Source: an uncultured bacterium (GTDB lineage Bacteria; JAGOEH01; CAYLKS01). Taken from it: a DNA stretch of 64,000 nucleotides. The stretch lies in assembly GCA_964384205.1 (NCBI GenBank), contig CAYLKS010000004.1, forward strand, positions 13,301-77,300. Reading direction: 5' to 3'. Below are positions 19,768 through 29,661 of the stretch, in pieces. The notes beneath the pieces were generated by a model, which had not been told where the DNA came from, ran no database searches, and was given only the letters and a program-made list of their open reading frames with translations. The number at the start of each line of letters is the position of its first letter. The stretch's first letter is position 1. A program made the position numbers and the translations under genes.

Positions 19768-22545
19768 ATGCGTAAGTTTTTTTCTGTAGTTTTGTTTTTA
19801 TTTTTTTTAGCAAGTAGTATTTGGGCACAACAAGGTAAGGTTCAGGGTAAAGTTGTTGATGTTAATTCCGGAGAACCATTAGTTTCAGCTAATGTTATGA
19901 TTGTTGGTACTAATTTGGGTACTATAACAGATGAAAATGGAAAATTTGTTTTGGAAAACGTTCCTGTAGGTAAGCAAAAAGTTAAGGTAAGCTATATCGG
20001 GTATAAAGAAAAAATTATTGAAATTGATGTGAAAGCAGGAGATGTTGTTACTGTAAATTTTGAACTTGAGGAGAGTGCTATTAAAGGTCAGGAAGTTGTA
20101 ATTGAGGTAAACAGAGCGGTAGAAAGAGAAACCCCGATTGCTTTTAGTAATATTGATCAAGAGAAATTGAAAGAAAAGTATACGGCAGAAGATGTTCCTA
20201 TGTTGATTAGAGAAGTACCAGGTGTTTTTGCAACAACATCAGGTCTTGGCGAATCTGAGGTTTATGTCCGCGGATTTAATGGTGAAAGAGTGCAAATTTT
20301 GATTAATGGCATTCCTGTTAATGATCCTGAAAGTCAGATTGTATATTGGTCAAACTGGACTGGATTATCAAGTAATGCTAAGTCTATACAGGTTCAAAGA
20401 GGTGTTGGTTCTTCTTTATATGGCTCTGGTGCTTTTGGTGGTTCTATTAATATAAGTACAATGGGGCTTTCTCCTAATAAACAAATTATTTTTAGATCTT
20501 CTGTTGGTTATTATACTACAAAAGGTGTTGATGGTGGAGAAAATGACGGTAAAGTTGCTGATGGTAAAGGTGGATTTGAAGATTATAATCCAATCACTTA
20601 TATGACAAGTGTTAGATACAATTCTGGTTTATTATATAATGGTAAACTTAATTTTAGTGTTTCTTTGGAAAGAAAAGGTGGAGAGTACTATATTAATGGT
20701 ACAAAATATGATGGTTGGTCTTTTGGTTTCGAAGCTCAAAGTATTTTAGGAGCGCATACATTATATCTAAGCTTTATTGGTGCACCTCAGCATCATAATC
20801 AAGCAAGAACGGTTCAGGACCCAGATTTATTTAAAACATTAGGTAGAGAATATAATAGAAATAATCATTCATATCAGGAAAATTATTATTTTAAACCTCA
20901 ATTATCTTTGAGAGATGAATGGACTATTAATGAGAATACTTATTTATTAACAAATGTATTTGCAACTATGGGTAGAGGAGGTGGAAAATATTTAAGAAAT
21001 GATTATTTTGATGTTGAAACAGGGGAAAATACTTTTAAAACTGTTAAAGAATATTATGATGATAAATATTTTGGAAGACATGCAAGGTTTGCTTATGAAG
21101 TAACAGGTGGCAAGGCTGTATTAAAGGGTTATGATCCTGATAATCACACTTTTAAAGGCCAGAATGTTTCTTATGGCACAAATTTAATTACAAATACTTA
21201 TAGTCATAGCTGGAGAAATGATAGCCATAATAACCATAAACAAATAGGTTTTAATACTGCTTTTCAACAAAAACTCAATAAACAATTGAAATATGTTGTA
21301 GGTGGTGAGGCAAGATATTGGGTTGCAGATCATTTTGCAGAATCTGAAAATTTTAGATGTTCCGATCCAGACGGAAATGTTATAACTTATAAAGAAGTTC
21401 AGAGAAGATATGATTATACTGGTAAAGTTCTAAATATGTCTGTTTTTGGTAGGGTAAACTATTCTCCAATTGAAAAAGTCAATATTATGGCAGACGTTCA
21501 ATATGCGAGATATTCTTCAAAAATAGAAGAAAATCGTATTAGAATTTTTGATTTTGAAGCCGGTAAATTTACAGATTGGTACTATTATCCAACGAAAGAT
21601 TTAGTTGATGATAATGGCAATAGAAAATATAAAGATAGTGATTATGAAAGAACTTTTAATTTTGTAAGTCCTAAATTTGGTATTAACTATAATCTTTCAA
21701 AATCTGTAAATTTTCTTGCAAATTATTCTATTTCTTATAAAGAACCAAGAGCGGCTGATTGGTATGATAGAACAAGAGGTCCTGGTGCTAACCAACCAGA
21801 TGGAAAGGATTTAGACCCTGAAAAACTTGAAAATATAGAATTCGGTTTTGGTTTTAATAAAAAACAGTTTGGGCAATTTAAAAATGTAAAATTATCTGCT
21901 AATTATTATATTATGAATTTTTCAGATAAGATCGAACGTGTAACTGACATGAGAGATGAAAGAATTACTATAAATGCCGGTAAAGCAAAACATCAGGGGT
22001 TAGAATTGTATGCAACAGCTGATATTTCAAAGTTTTATTTTAGTACCTCTTTAACATTGGCAAAAAATAGATGGCAGAAAATGGATGTAAAAGAAATTTT
22101 TTATGAACCGGCAGATTCTGTTGTTGATAAAGTAGTTCCTTTCTCTCCTGAAAAAATGTTTCATGCTAATGTAGGATATAATATTAGTAAAAAATTAAAG
22201 ATTGGTTTTGCCACAAGATGGTGGGATAATTATTATGCAACATATAGTAATACATATCAAACTTATAAACGAGGTGATGATGGGAAATGGCAAAAAGATA
22301 AAGTTGTTTCCTCAAAAATTGATTCTTATTTCTCTTTAGATGCTTCAATTTCTTATAAAATTAAATTAAAGGGAACAGATGTTAATTTTAGATTGAATTT
22401 GAACAATTTAACAAATCATGAAAATATTGTAAAAGCTGCGTATTCTAAAGATTATAATAGAAATGATTATTATCCGGATTATAAGGTTTATGTTGTTCCA
22501 GGTCCTTTATTTAATGTATTCTTTACCATGGAAGTAGTTTTTTAG
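19768..22545 (+). CDS. TonB-dependent outer-membrane receptor with an N-terminal carboxypeptidase-regulatory-like domain
   Basis: It has a signal peptide. The CarbopepD_reg-like N-terminus is QGKVVDVNSGEPLVSANVMIVGTNLGTITDENGKFVL, followed by a plug region (FVRGFNGERVQILINGIPVND). The large Tyr/Gly-rich barrel ends in an aromatic residue (F). The ATG at 19768 follows the RBS GGAGG. Confidence 0.75.
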   Translation: MRKFFSVVLFLFFLASSIWAQQGKVQGKVVDVNSGEPLVSANVMIVGTNLGTITDENGKFVLENVPVGKQKVKVSYIGYKEKIIEIDVKAGDVVTVNFELEESAIKGQEVVIEVNRAVERETPIAFSNIDQEKLKEKYTAEDVPMLIREVPGVFATTSGLGESEVYVRGFNGERVQILINGIPVNDPESQIVYWSNWTGLSSNAKSIQVQRGVGSSLYGSGAFGGSINISTMGLSPNKQIIFRSSVGYYTTKGVDGGENDGKVADGKGGFEDYNPITYMTSVRYNSGLLYNGKLNFSVSLERKGGEYYINGTKYDGWSFGFEAQSILGAHTLYLSFIGAPQHHNQARTVQDPDLFKTLGREYNRNNHSYQENYYFKPQLSLRDEWTINENTYLLTNVFATMGRGGGKYLRNDYFDVETGENTFKTVKEYYDDKYFGRHARFAYEVTGGKAVLKGYDPDNHTFKGQNVSYGTNLITNTYSHSWRNDSHNNHKQIGFNTAFQQKLNKQLKYVVGGEARYWVADHFAESENFRCSDPDGNVITYKEVQRRYDYTGKVLNMSVFGRVNYSPIEKVNIMADVQYARYSSKIEENRIRIFDFEAGKFTDWYYYPTKDLVDDNGNRKYKDSDYERTFNFVSPKFGINYNLSKSVNFLANYSISYKEPRAADWYDRTRGPGANQPDGKDLDPEKLENIEFGFGFNKKQFGQFKNVKLSANYYIMNFSDKIERVTDMRDERITINAGKAKHQGLELYATADISKFYFSTSLTLAKNRWQKMDVKEIFYEPADSVVDKVVPFSPEKMFHANVGYNISKKLKIGFATRWWDNYYATYSNTYQTYKRGDDGKWQKDKVVSSKIDSYFSLDASISYKIKLKGTDVNFRLNLNNLTNHENIVKAAYSKDYNRNDYYPDYKVYVVPGPLFNVFFTMEVVF

Positions 22546-22563
22546 TTTAGATATTTTTTGTAA

Positions 22564-22598
22564 AAGCCTGCTATTTGAAAAATAGCAGGCTTTTTTTA
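22564..22598 (+). terminator. Rho-independent terminator after the TonB-dependent receptor
   Basis: An 11-bp stem GCCTGCTATTT/AAATAGCAGGC with a 3-nt loop is followed by TTTTTTT. Confidence 0.7.
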
Positions 22599-22634
22599 TT
22601 TGCCATTTTGATAAAAAATTAATATCATCATTTT

Positions 22635-23594
22635 ATGAAACGCATTTTTGTAGATAATACAAAATTAATTTTTTCATTGATAACAAATAACTTTTCTAAA
22701 GTATGTAAAACAGCTATAGTTTTATATAAAATATTAATCCCTGTTTCTATTATTATTGAAATTTTAAAATATTTTCATATAGTTGAATTTATTGGAAAGA
22801 TCCTTAGTCCAATAATGCAATTTATTGGCTTGCCAGGTGAGGCAGGTATCGTATGGGCTACATCTATGCTTACAAATTTATATGGAGGAATTTTATCATA
22901 TATATCAATTTTTGGAAATAATCCATTATCTGTTGGGCAGATTACAATATTAACTTTTATGATGTTGATTGCCCATTCTTTTTTTGTTGAGATTACTATA
23001 GCTAAAAAATCAGGTGTAAAGATTTATCAAACATTTTTAGTTAGGTTCTTAGGTGCTTATTTAGCCGGAATTCTTTTAAGTTTTTTATTTAGTAAATTAC
23101 ATTTTGGATATAAGCCATCAAAACTTATATGGAAAAGTTCAAATGCAGGGGGCGGGGATTCTTTTGTTTTATTGAATTGGTTAATCGTTCAATTAAAAAA
23201 TTATTTATTGATTTTTATTGTTATTTATATTCTGGTTTTAATTATGGAATTTTTGAAAAAAAAGGGAATTTTAGATTTTTTGAATAGAAATTTGTATGTT
23301 TTTTTCAAATATATAGGAATTAGTCAGAGAGGAATCCCTTTACTAATTACAGGATTAATTATGGGAATATCTTATGGAGGAGCCTTTATTATTTCGGAAG
23401 TAGAGAGTGATACTATTACAAAAGAAGAGGCTTTTTTTGTAATAATTTTTTTGAGCTTATGCCATAGTTTGTTTGAAGATTCTTTATTGATGATTTCTTT
23501 GGGAGCTGATTTTTTTATACTTTTATTTGGAAGATTTTTATATTCAACTCTTATTACTTATATTATATTGAAAATATCTAAATACTATCTTTAA
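22635..23594 (+). CDS. Polytopic membrane protein with nucleoside-recognition (Gate)-like domains (SpmA/B or FeoB-gate-like)
   Basis: It has ~8 predicted TM segments. GLPGEAGIVWATSMLTNLYGGI resembles the Gate/nucleoside-recognition motif. Confidence 0.4.
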   Translation: MKRIFVDNTKLIFSLITNNFSKVCKTAIVLYKILIPVSIIIEILKYFHIVEFIGKILSPIMQFIGLPGEAGIVWATSMLTNLYGGILSYISIFGNNPLSVGQITILTFMMLIAHSFFVEITIAKKSGVKIYQTFLVRFLGAYLAGILLSFLFSKLHFGYKPSKLIWKSSNAGGGDSFVLLNWLIVQLKNYLLIFIVIYILVLIMEFLKKKGILDFLNRNLYVFFKYIGISQRGIPLLITGLIMGISYGGAFIISEVESDTITKEEAFFVIIFLSLCHSLFEDSLLMISLGADFFILLFGRFLYSTLITYIILKISKYYL

Positions 23595-23598
23595 TATC

Positions 23599-24771
23599 TT
23601 ATTTAATTTTTATTACAATTAAGGTTATATCATCATCAGGTTTCCGTGTCCCTAAAAAAAGCCCAAGTTCTTTTAATATATTTTCTATAATAGCTTTGGG
23701 GCTTTTATCTTTATTGTTTGATATTGTAGCTTGTAGTCTTTTTTTCCCAAATTGCTCTTTATTATAGTTTTGAGCTTCAATTATTCCGTCAGTGTAAAAC
23801 AATATAATATCTCCTGAATCTATATTAATATCATAATTTTTATATTTACTAGTTGGAAGAAGCCCTAAGAAGAAACTGGGAGCATCAATTTTTAATATTG
23901 TATTTTTTTTTGCACTATAAATTATAGGAGGGTGATGTCCGGCATTGGAAAATAGAAGTTTTTTTTCATTTATGTTTATATCACAATATAATGCGGTTAC
24001 GAAAAAATCGGTACCACCTACTAATTTATATACGTTAGAATTTAGTTTATCTAATAAATTATTTGGGGACATCCCCCCCATATCTAATATACTATTATAG
24101 AATGATTTTATTGCGGCGGTAATTAATGCAGATGGAGTACCATGTCCTGAAACATCTGCTATAAGTAATTGCAATGAATTCTGAAATATATTAAAATCAT
24201 AAAAATCCCCGCCAAGTTGGGTAGATGGTTGATAATAGAATGATATTTCAAAGCCATTATATTCCTGGGGGATATTACTGGGCAAAAGAGTTCTTTGTAA
24301 TTCAGCAGCTAATTCTAATTCTCGTTCTAAAAGTTTTTTTTGTTCTAATATTTTGTTTCTATTTTCTATAGTTGTTTTTAATAAGTTATAATAATTAATA
24401 GCATTTTTTACTTTTAGAGGTAATTGAATATTTAAAATATTATTCGAAAGAGGCTTTTCTAAATAATCAAAGCACCCAAAATTTAATGCCTTTTTTATGG
24501 ATTCTATATCTGATAAGGCTGAACTTACAATAATAGGGATATTTTTATATTCTTTTGTATTTTTTATCCAATTTAAGAACTCAAATCCATCCATAATAGG
24601 CATTGTTAAATCTAATATTATTAGATCAATTGCTTGGTCTTCTGTAATTTTTTTTGCAACCAGACCGTTTTCTGCTTCTAATATATTATAGTTATATTTT
24701 TTTAATGTAAAAAATAAAATTTTTCTATTGAGTTTTTCATCATCTACGATAAGTACACTTTTTTTATTCAT
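23599..24771 (-). CDS. Response-regulator receiver fused to a PP2C-type Ser phosphatase (RsbU/SpoIIE-like)
   Basis: The receiver has the acidic pocket VLIVDDEK, the phospho-Asp context LIILDLTMPIMDG, and the conserved Lys. The C-terminal PP2C motifs are GGDFYDF ... ADVSGHG ... DGIIEA. Confidence 0.75.
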   Translation of the reverse strand: MNKKSVLIVDDEKLNRKILFFTLKKYNYNILEAENGLVAKKITEDQAIDLIILDLTMPIMDGFEFLNWIKNTKEYKNIPIIVSSALSDIESIKKALNFGCFDYLEKPLSNNILNIQLPLKVKNAINYYNLLKTTIENRNKILEQKKLLERELELAAELQRTLLPSNIPQEYNGFEISFYYQPSTQLGGDFYDFNIFQNSLQLLIADVSGHGTPSALITAAIKSFYNSILDMGGMSPNNLLDKLNSNVYKLVGGTDFFVTALYCDININEKKLLFSNAGHHPPIIYSAKKNTILKIDAPSFFLGLLPTSKYKNYDINIDSGDIILFYTDGIIEAQNYNKEQFGKKRLQATISNNKDKSPKAIIENILKELGLFLGTRKPDDDITLIVIKIK

Positions 24772-24783
24772 ACAATATCCTTA

Positions 24784-25662
24784 TTAGAGGTCTTTATATT
24801 TTATTAATGTAATTTGGTTACCTTTATCATTATATTCAAATTTATCAAAAAAAGTTTTTATCATCAGAATGCCTCGTCCATGCTCATTTAATATATTTAT
24901 ATCGTCATTTATTGTTTTTTTCCAGTTAAATCCTTTCCCCTCATCTTTGATAACAAATTTTACATAATTTTCTGTTAAATGGTAATCTATAACAACCTTT
25001 CGTTTTGAGAAAACTGGATGTTTTTTTCTTTCAGATAATAAATCATAATATTTATTATCTTGAATAGCGTGCTTTTTAGTATTCCCATCAATTTCAAAAT
25101 TCCCATGTTCTATAGCATTAATAATTACTTCATAAAGAGCAAGTTCAATTTTTTTTATATTTCGGGTTATTTTTTTTGCATTGAAGGTTAATTGATTGAT
25201 TACACTGGGGATTTTGGATAGATCATTTTCTAAAATTATTCTTTTTTTTTCTTCTATTAATGTTTCAGTATCGTAGAGATTTATTATATTGCGATAGAGA
25301 AAAATAGCTTTATTTATTAAAGTGTTCCATTCTTCTTGTTTATCAGGGATTTCAAAACAATAGAATAATTTTTTAGAATATAGTGTATATAATATATCCT
25401 TTTTGATTTTTTTTACAAGAGCTATAGGGAGTACATCTAATAAAAGATTTCCAGAATGAATCATTTCAAGTAGTTTGGATATATTGGGGAGTGATTCGTT
25501 TTCATAATAATATAATAAGATATTTACTTTTTCTTTAAGAATTATATCAAAAGCTTCTTCTATGTTATTATTTACAATACTTTCTATTTCATATTTATGA
25601 GCATTTTTTTTTATTGTAGTTACTATTGGATGATTTTCTTGAGTGAACAGCAAAACCTTCAT
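24784..25662 (-). CDS. Pseudo-receiver fused to an RsbW-like GHKL Ser-kinase/anti-sigma-factor-type ATPase domain
   Basis: The N-terminal ~120 aa have a receiver-like fold but lack the acidic pocket and phospho-Asp (Y in that position). The C-terminus (LYEVIINAIEHGNFEID ... KDEGKGFNW ... EHGRGILMIK) has the N, G1 and G2 boxes of RsbW/SpoIIAB-type kinases. Confidence 0.55.
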   Translation of the reverse strand: MKVLLFTQENHPIVTTIKKNAHKYEIESIVNNNIEEAFDIILKEKVNILLYYYENESLPNISKLLEMIHSGNLLLDVLPIALVKKIKKDILYTLYSKKLFYCFEIPDKQEEWNTLINKAIFLYRNIINLYDTETLIEEKKRIILENDLSKIPSVINQLTFNAKKITRNIKKIELALYEVIINAIEHGNFEIDGNTKKHAIQDNKYYDLLSERKKHPVFSKRKVVIDYHLTENYVKFVIKDEGKGFNWKKTINDDINILNEHGRGILMIKTFFDKFEYNDKGNQITLIKYKDL

Positions 25663-25682
25663 TTTTTTAACTCACTATTAGT

Positions 25683-26741
25683 TTAGATTTCATTTAATAT
25701 AAAAGGGATTTTAAGTAATGGTACTATTTTTTTGACAGCGTTTAATTTAATTGCTTCTTTAGGCATTCCAAAGACCACACAGCTTTCTTCATCTTGAGCA
25801 ATAGTAAAAGCTCCCTTTTCTTTTAATGCAAGCATTCCTTTAGCTCCATCATCCCCCATACCTGTTAAAATAACTGCAATAGCATTACTACCTGCGGAAT
25901 TAGCTGCAGATTTAAATAAAACATCCACACTCGGTTTATGTCTATTTATAGGTGGTCCATCTTTTACTTCCACATAATAAGTAGTACCTGAGCGTTGCAA
26001 TAACATATGCTTGCCACCGGGAGCAATTAGAGCAAGGCCTTGTTCTAATTTATCACCATTTTCTGCTTCTTTTACTCTAATAGGACAGGTGCTATTTAAT
26101 CTTTCTGCAAAAGCTTTAGTAAATCCAACTGGCATATGTTGTGTAACTACTATTGGTTTGACACCTGTTTTTAATCTTTTGAAAATAGTTTCTATAGCGA
26201 CAGTTCCGCCAGTAGATGCTCCTATAACGATTACAGGATCGGTTTTTATTATTTTAGTTTTATAATCTTTTATATATTCATCTACATCTATTTTTTCTTT
26301 TAACCCGGTTTTAAACTTGCTATCTAATGTTTTTTGTGGAAGTATTTTTGCTTTGACTGCCATTTTCAATTTTTCTATAATTTCATTTTTTAGAGAATGT
26401 AGCTCTATAGGAGCAGAAGGTTTTTTTATGAAGTCTATAGCACCCAGCTCTAAAGCTTTCATTGTTATTTTTGAATGTTTATCTGTTAGAGAACTAACCA
26501 TTATAACCGGGGTTGGATATTTGTCCATAAGTTTTTCCAGAAAAGTAATGCCGTCCATTTTGGGCATCTCTACATCTAAAGTAATAACGTCAGGTTTTCC
26601 TTCTTTTACATATTTTCGAGCTTCATAAGGATTTGACGCTTCTCCAATAACAATAAAATCAGGATCGCTTAAAATAATATTTTTTAAAACAGTTCTTGTT
26701 AAAACTGAATCATCGATAATTAATACTTTTATTTTACTCAT
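25683..26741 (-). CDS. cheB: Chemotaxis response-regulator protein-glutamate methylesterase
   Basis: The receiver is KVLIIDDS ... DVEMPKMDG. The CheB methylesterase domain is GASTGG ... TQHMPVGFTKAFAERLN ... catalytic region. Length 352 aa. Confidence 0.85.
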   Translation of the reverse strand: MSKIKVLIIDDSVLTRTVLKNIILSDPDFIVIGEASNPYEARKYVKEGKPDVITLDVEMPKMDGITFLEKLMDKYPTPVIMVSSLTDKHSKITMKALELGAIDFIKKPSAPIELHSLKNEIIEKLKMAVKAKILPQKTLDSKFKTGLKEKIDVDEYIKDYKTKIIKTDPVIVIGASTGGTVAIETIFKRLKTGVKPIVVTQHMPVGFTKAFAERLNSTCPIRVKEAENGDKLEQGLALIAPGGKHMLLQRSGTTYYVEVKDGPPINRHKPSVDVLFKSAANSAGSNAIAVILTGMGDDGAKGMLALKEKGAFTIAQDEESCVVFGMPKEAIKLNAVKKIVPLLKIPFILNEI

Positions 26742-26744
26742 CTT

Positions 26745-28217
26745 TTATATCCTTTTAGGGTTAACTATTTCAAATATAAAAGTTATTCCATTTTTTTGTT
26801 CATAATAAAATTTTATTTTTAAAATATCTAATAAAAATTTAATTATATATATTCGTAAAGTCTTCAAATCAACCCTTTCTTCTTCTATATTAATATTGTC
26901 CAGTATAGTAAAATCATTAATAAGTTTATTATAAGAGTCTTCATTTATTCCATCTAAATTAAATTTAATATAAATTGCATTTGAGCTTTCGTCAATATTA
27001 ATTTTTATTTTTTTGAAAAAATTTCTGTGAATAATTATTATTTCCATAAAATAAGTTATCAAATAATAAAATAAGTCAAAATCGAATAAAATTTTATTAT
27101 TTGCAATATTTTGTTCTATCGATATTGGAAATTTAGTAATTCTTTCCTTTTCAAGAAAGTTATATATACAATCTTCAACAATTCTTATAACATCTATTTC
27201 TTGAGATTTAGCTTTCGACCTGAAAGAACTTATATTTAGCAGATATAATAGATCTTCTATAAATGAAATCATTTGATTATAAGAAGACATGCTTTGTGTG
27301 AGTGAAATTGTAATATCAGTATGCTCTAAAGTTTTTAAATAATCGAATATATTTGCAATATTTATTAGAGGAATCTTGATATTTTGAGACAAAATAGATA
27401 TAAGCTTTTTTTGAATTAGTAGTAAATTTTCTAATGTCTTATTTGTATTTTTTAGTTCTTTTTCATATAAAAATCTTTTTAAGTGAACATTTATTCTGGA
27501 AATAAATTCCTCATATAAAAATGGTTTTACAATATAGTCATTAATCCCGGCATTGAAAGCATCTAACATATTTTTTTTATCATTGTTGCTTGCTGTCATT
27601 ATAATAGGTGTATTGGTGTACTCTGATTTATTTCGTATTTTTTTGGTTAGTTCAATACCATTAATTTCTGGTAAAAATAAATCTATAATAAAAAGGTCAA
27701 TTTTGTTTTGATTCATAATTTTTATAGCTTCTAAAGGATTATCTGTGGAAAGAGTTTTATATCCATGCCGATCTAATATATATTTTATCATAGAATTTAT
27801 TAAAGGAGAGTTAATGACGACTAATATATTTATATCTTTAGAATTATTTTTAGCATAGAAGAAGTCCCTGACAAAATTATATAAATTATCTTTTATTTCA
27901 TTTTTATTAAAAAAATGAATTGCTCCTACATTAAAGCCTCTTATTCTTGAAAAAAAATTATCTTTACCTGTTATCAATATAACAGGGGTATTGAGCATTT
28001 TTTTATTTTGTTTGATTTTTCTGCACAATTCAAAACCATCCATTCCTTTCATTATAATATTTATAGTTATAAAATCTAAATTTGTTTTGTTGATAATATC
28101 TAAAGCATCAAATCCATTACTTGCCTCTATTATATTTGTGTCTTCCAGTTTTTCTAATTCTTCTTTTATTAGAAAACGAGCTATTTTACTATCATCAACA
28201 ATTAGTACATTTTTCAT
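26745..28217 (-). CDS. Tandem-receiver protein with a degenerate (His-less) histidine-kinase-like C-terminal region
   Basis: REC1 has the Asp pocket (LIVDDSK) but Asn at the phospho-acceptor site (DFITINIIMKGMDG). REC2 keeps the acceptor Asp (LFIIDLFLPEINGIEL) but lacks the DD pocket. The HisKA-like helix reads ILSQNIKIPLINI (Gln where the His of SHELRTPL would be). A poorly conserved ATPase-like tail follows. Confidence 0.55.
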   Translation of the reverse strand: MKNVLIVDDSKIARFLIKEELEKLEDTNIIEASNGFDALDIINKTNLDFITINIIMKGMDGFELCRKIKQNKKMLNTPVILITGKDNFFSRIRGFNVGAIHFFNKNEIKDNLYNFVRDFFYAKNNSKDINILVVINSPLINSMIKYILDRHGYKTLSTDNPLEAIKIMNQNKIDLFIIDLFLPEINGIELTKKIRNKSEYTNTPIIMTASNNDKKNMLDAFNAGINDYIVKPFLYEEFISRINVHLKRFLYEKELKNTNKTLENLLLIQKKLISILSQNIKIPLINIANIFDYLKTLEHTDITISLTQSMSSYNQMISFIEDLLYLLNISSFRSKAKSQEIDVIRIVEDCIYNFLEKERITKFPISIEQNIANNKILFDFDLFYYLITYFMEIIIIHRNFFKKIKINIDESSNAIYIKFNLDGINEDSYNKLINDFTILDNINIEEERVDLKTLRIYIIKFLLDILKIKFYYEQKNGITFIFEIVNPKRI

Positions 28218-28219
28218 TT

Positions 28220-28825
28220 TTATTCAAAAAAGTTTATTCTTTCATTATCTTTATGTGCTGTTTGTTCTTGTTGTAATCGTTTTACATAAGCCTGTTCTTG
28301 TTTTATTTCTTGTTGAATCTCTTTTGATACAGTGCTTCTTAATTTTTTTACAAGAACTTTATAAGTATCTGTGAAAAATAGAATTTTTCTTCCCTGATAA
28401 CCACCAACATCTTGGTTTACAATAGGAATCTTTTCTAATTTTAAAAAGGTTACAGCAAATCTAATATTATTATCTACAACATTCCCTTCTCTTGTTTTGT
28501 AATTTAAAACATGTCCACCACCAAATACTTTTGCTTTTAGATTTTCTTTTTTTCCACCCTTTTTTATAATGTCATTTATTAAAACTTCCATAGCGAAAAT
28601 ACCATAACGTGCTGATGGTTCCATAAATATACGTTCATCTCTGAGATCTCCCACCAGCATAAAATGATTCATTCCTGCAATATTATTCACTTCATCATAT
28701 AAACATACAGCAATGCAAGAGCCAAGTACTGTGGATATTATTTCATTATCCGTAGAAGTATAATATTCACCTGGATTAATGACAACCATTGTTTTGTTAA
28801 ATCTTTTTTCAAACTTTTTATACAT
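28220..28825 (-). CDS. cheD: Chemoreceptor glutamine deamidase CheD, with a ~40-aa charged coiled-coil C-terminal extension
   Basis: The CheD motif GSCIAVCLYD with its catalytic Cys, plus NHFMLVG, is present. The 201-aa length is ~40 aa longer than typical CheD; the tail is KKLRSTVSKEIQQEIKQEQAYVKRLQQEQ. Confidence 0.8.
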   Translation of the reverse strand: MYKKFEKRFNKTMVVINPGEYYTSTDNEIISTVLGSCIAVCLYDEVNNIAGMNHFMLVGDLRDERIFMEPSARYGIFAMEVLINDIIKKGGKKENLKAKVFGGGHVLNYKTREGNVVDNNIRFAVTFLKLEKIPIVNQDVGGYQGRKILFFTDTYKVLVKKLRSTVSKEIQQEIKQEQAYVKRLQQEQTAHKDNERINFFE

Positions 28826-28827
28826 CT

Positions 28828-29658
28828 TTAAACCTTCGTGTATATTGTGCTTTTTATATATTTAAAATTTTTAAAATTTAATAATGATTCACTATGCCCA
28901 ATAAAGATTAATCCATCATCTTTTAGATATTGATAAAATTTGTTTAATACATGTCTTTTCAGGTCATTATCAAAATAAATCATTACATTTCGGAAGAATA
29001 TAAAATCAAATTTTACTTTTATTCTATAGTCTTCTAGTTTAAAATTTAGTTTTCTAAAAGAGATTTTTCCCCTTAATAATGGTTTTACTTTATAATGAAC
29101 TTGCCCATTTAATTCAATTTTTTCAAAATATTTTTGTTTAAATGATTGGGGGACAGGATATAATAGCTGTTCTCTATAAATTCCTTGAGATGCTTTTGTT
29201 AGTATTTCTGTATCTATATCAGTTGCCAATATTTTAAAATCCCAGCCAGAATGCTTTGATAAAAAATTGTCCAGTACCATTGCAATTGTATATGGTTCTT
29301 CTCCAGAAGAACATCCTGCACTCCATACAAGTATTGTATAAGGATTATTGTTGGCAATTATTTTGGGGAGATGCTCTTTTTCTAAAAATTCGAAATGGTG
29401 TTTTTCGCGAAAGAAATCAGTTTTGTTAGTAGTTATTCTATTTATAAAATTGATCATTTCTTCAGAATTGTGCCCCTGATTTTTGATATAGTTTAAATAT
29501 TCAGTAAATGAGTTAATATTTAATTCTTTAAGTCTTCGAGTTAATCTTGCAATTATTAAACTTTTTTTTGCATCGCTTATTTTTATTCCAATATTATCAT
29601 AGATAATTTTTTTAAATTCTTTAAAATCTTTATCAGATATAGTATCTGGAATTAACAT
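28828..29658 (-). CDS. cheR: Chemotaxis protein methyltransferase
   Basis: The N-terminal all-helical domain is followed by the SAM motif WSAGCSSGEEPYTIAMVL. Length 276 aa. Confidence 0.85.
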   Translation of the reverse strand: MLIPDTISDKDFKEFKKIIYDNIGIKISDAKKSLIIARLTRRLKELNINSFTEYLNYIKNQGHNSEEMINFINRITTNKTDFFREKHHFEFLEKEHLPKIIANNNPYTILVWSAGCSSGEEPYTIAMVLDNFLSKHSGWDFKILATDIDTEILTKASQGIYREQLLYPVPQSFKQKYFEKIELNGQVHYKVKPLLRGKISFRKLNFKLEDYRIKVKFDFIFFRNVMIYFDNDLKRHVLNKFYQYLKDDGLIFIGHSESLLNFKNFKYIKSTIYTKV

Positions 29659-29661
29659 GTA

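Noticed and set aside
19768-22545. TonB-dependent receptors as SusC-like components of polysaccharide utilisation loci
   Set aside because: No SusD-like gene follows either receptor. The N-terminal CarbopepD_reg domain occurs broadly in TonB-dependent transporters outside PULs.
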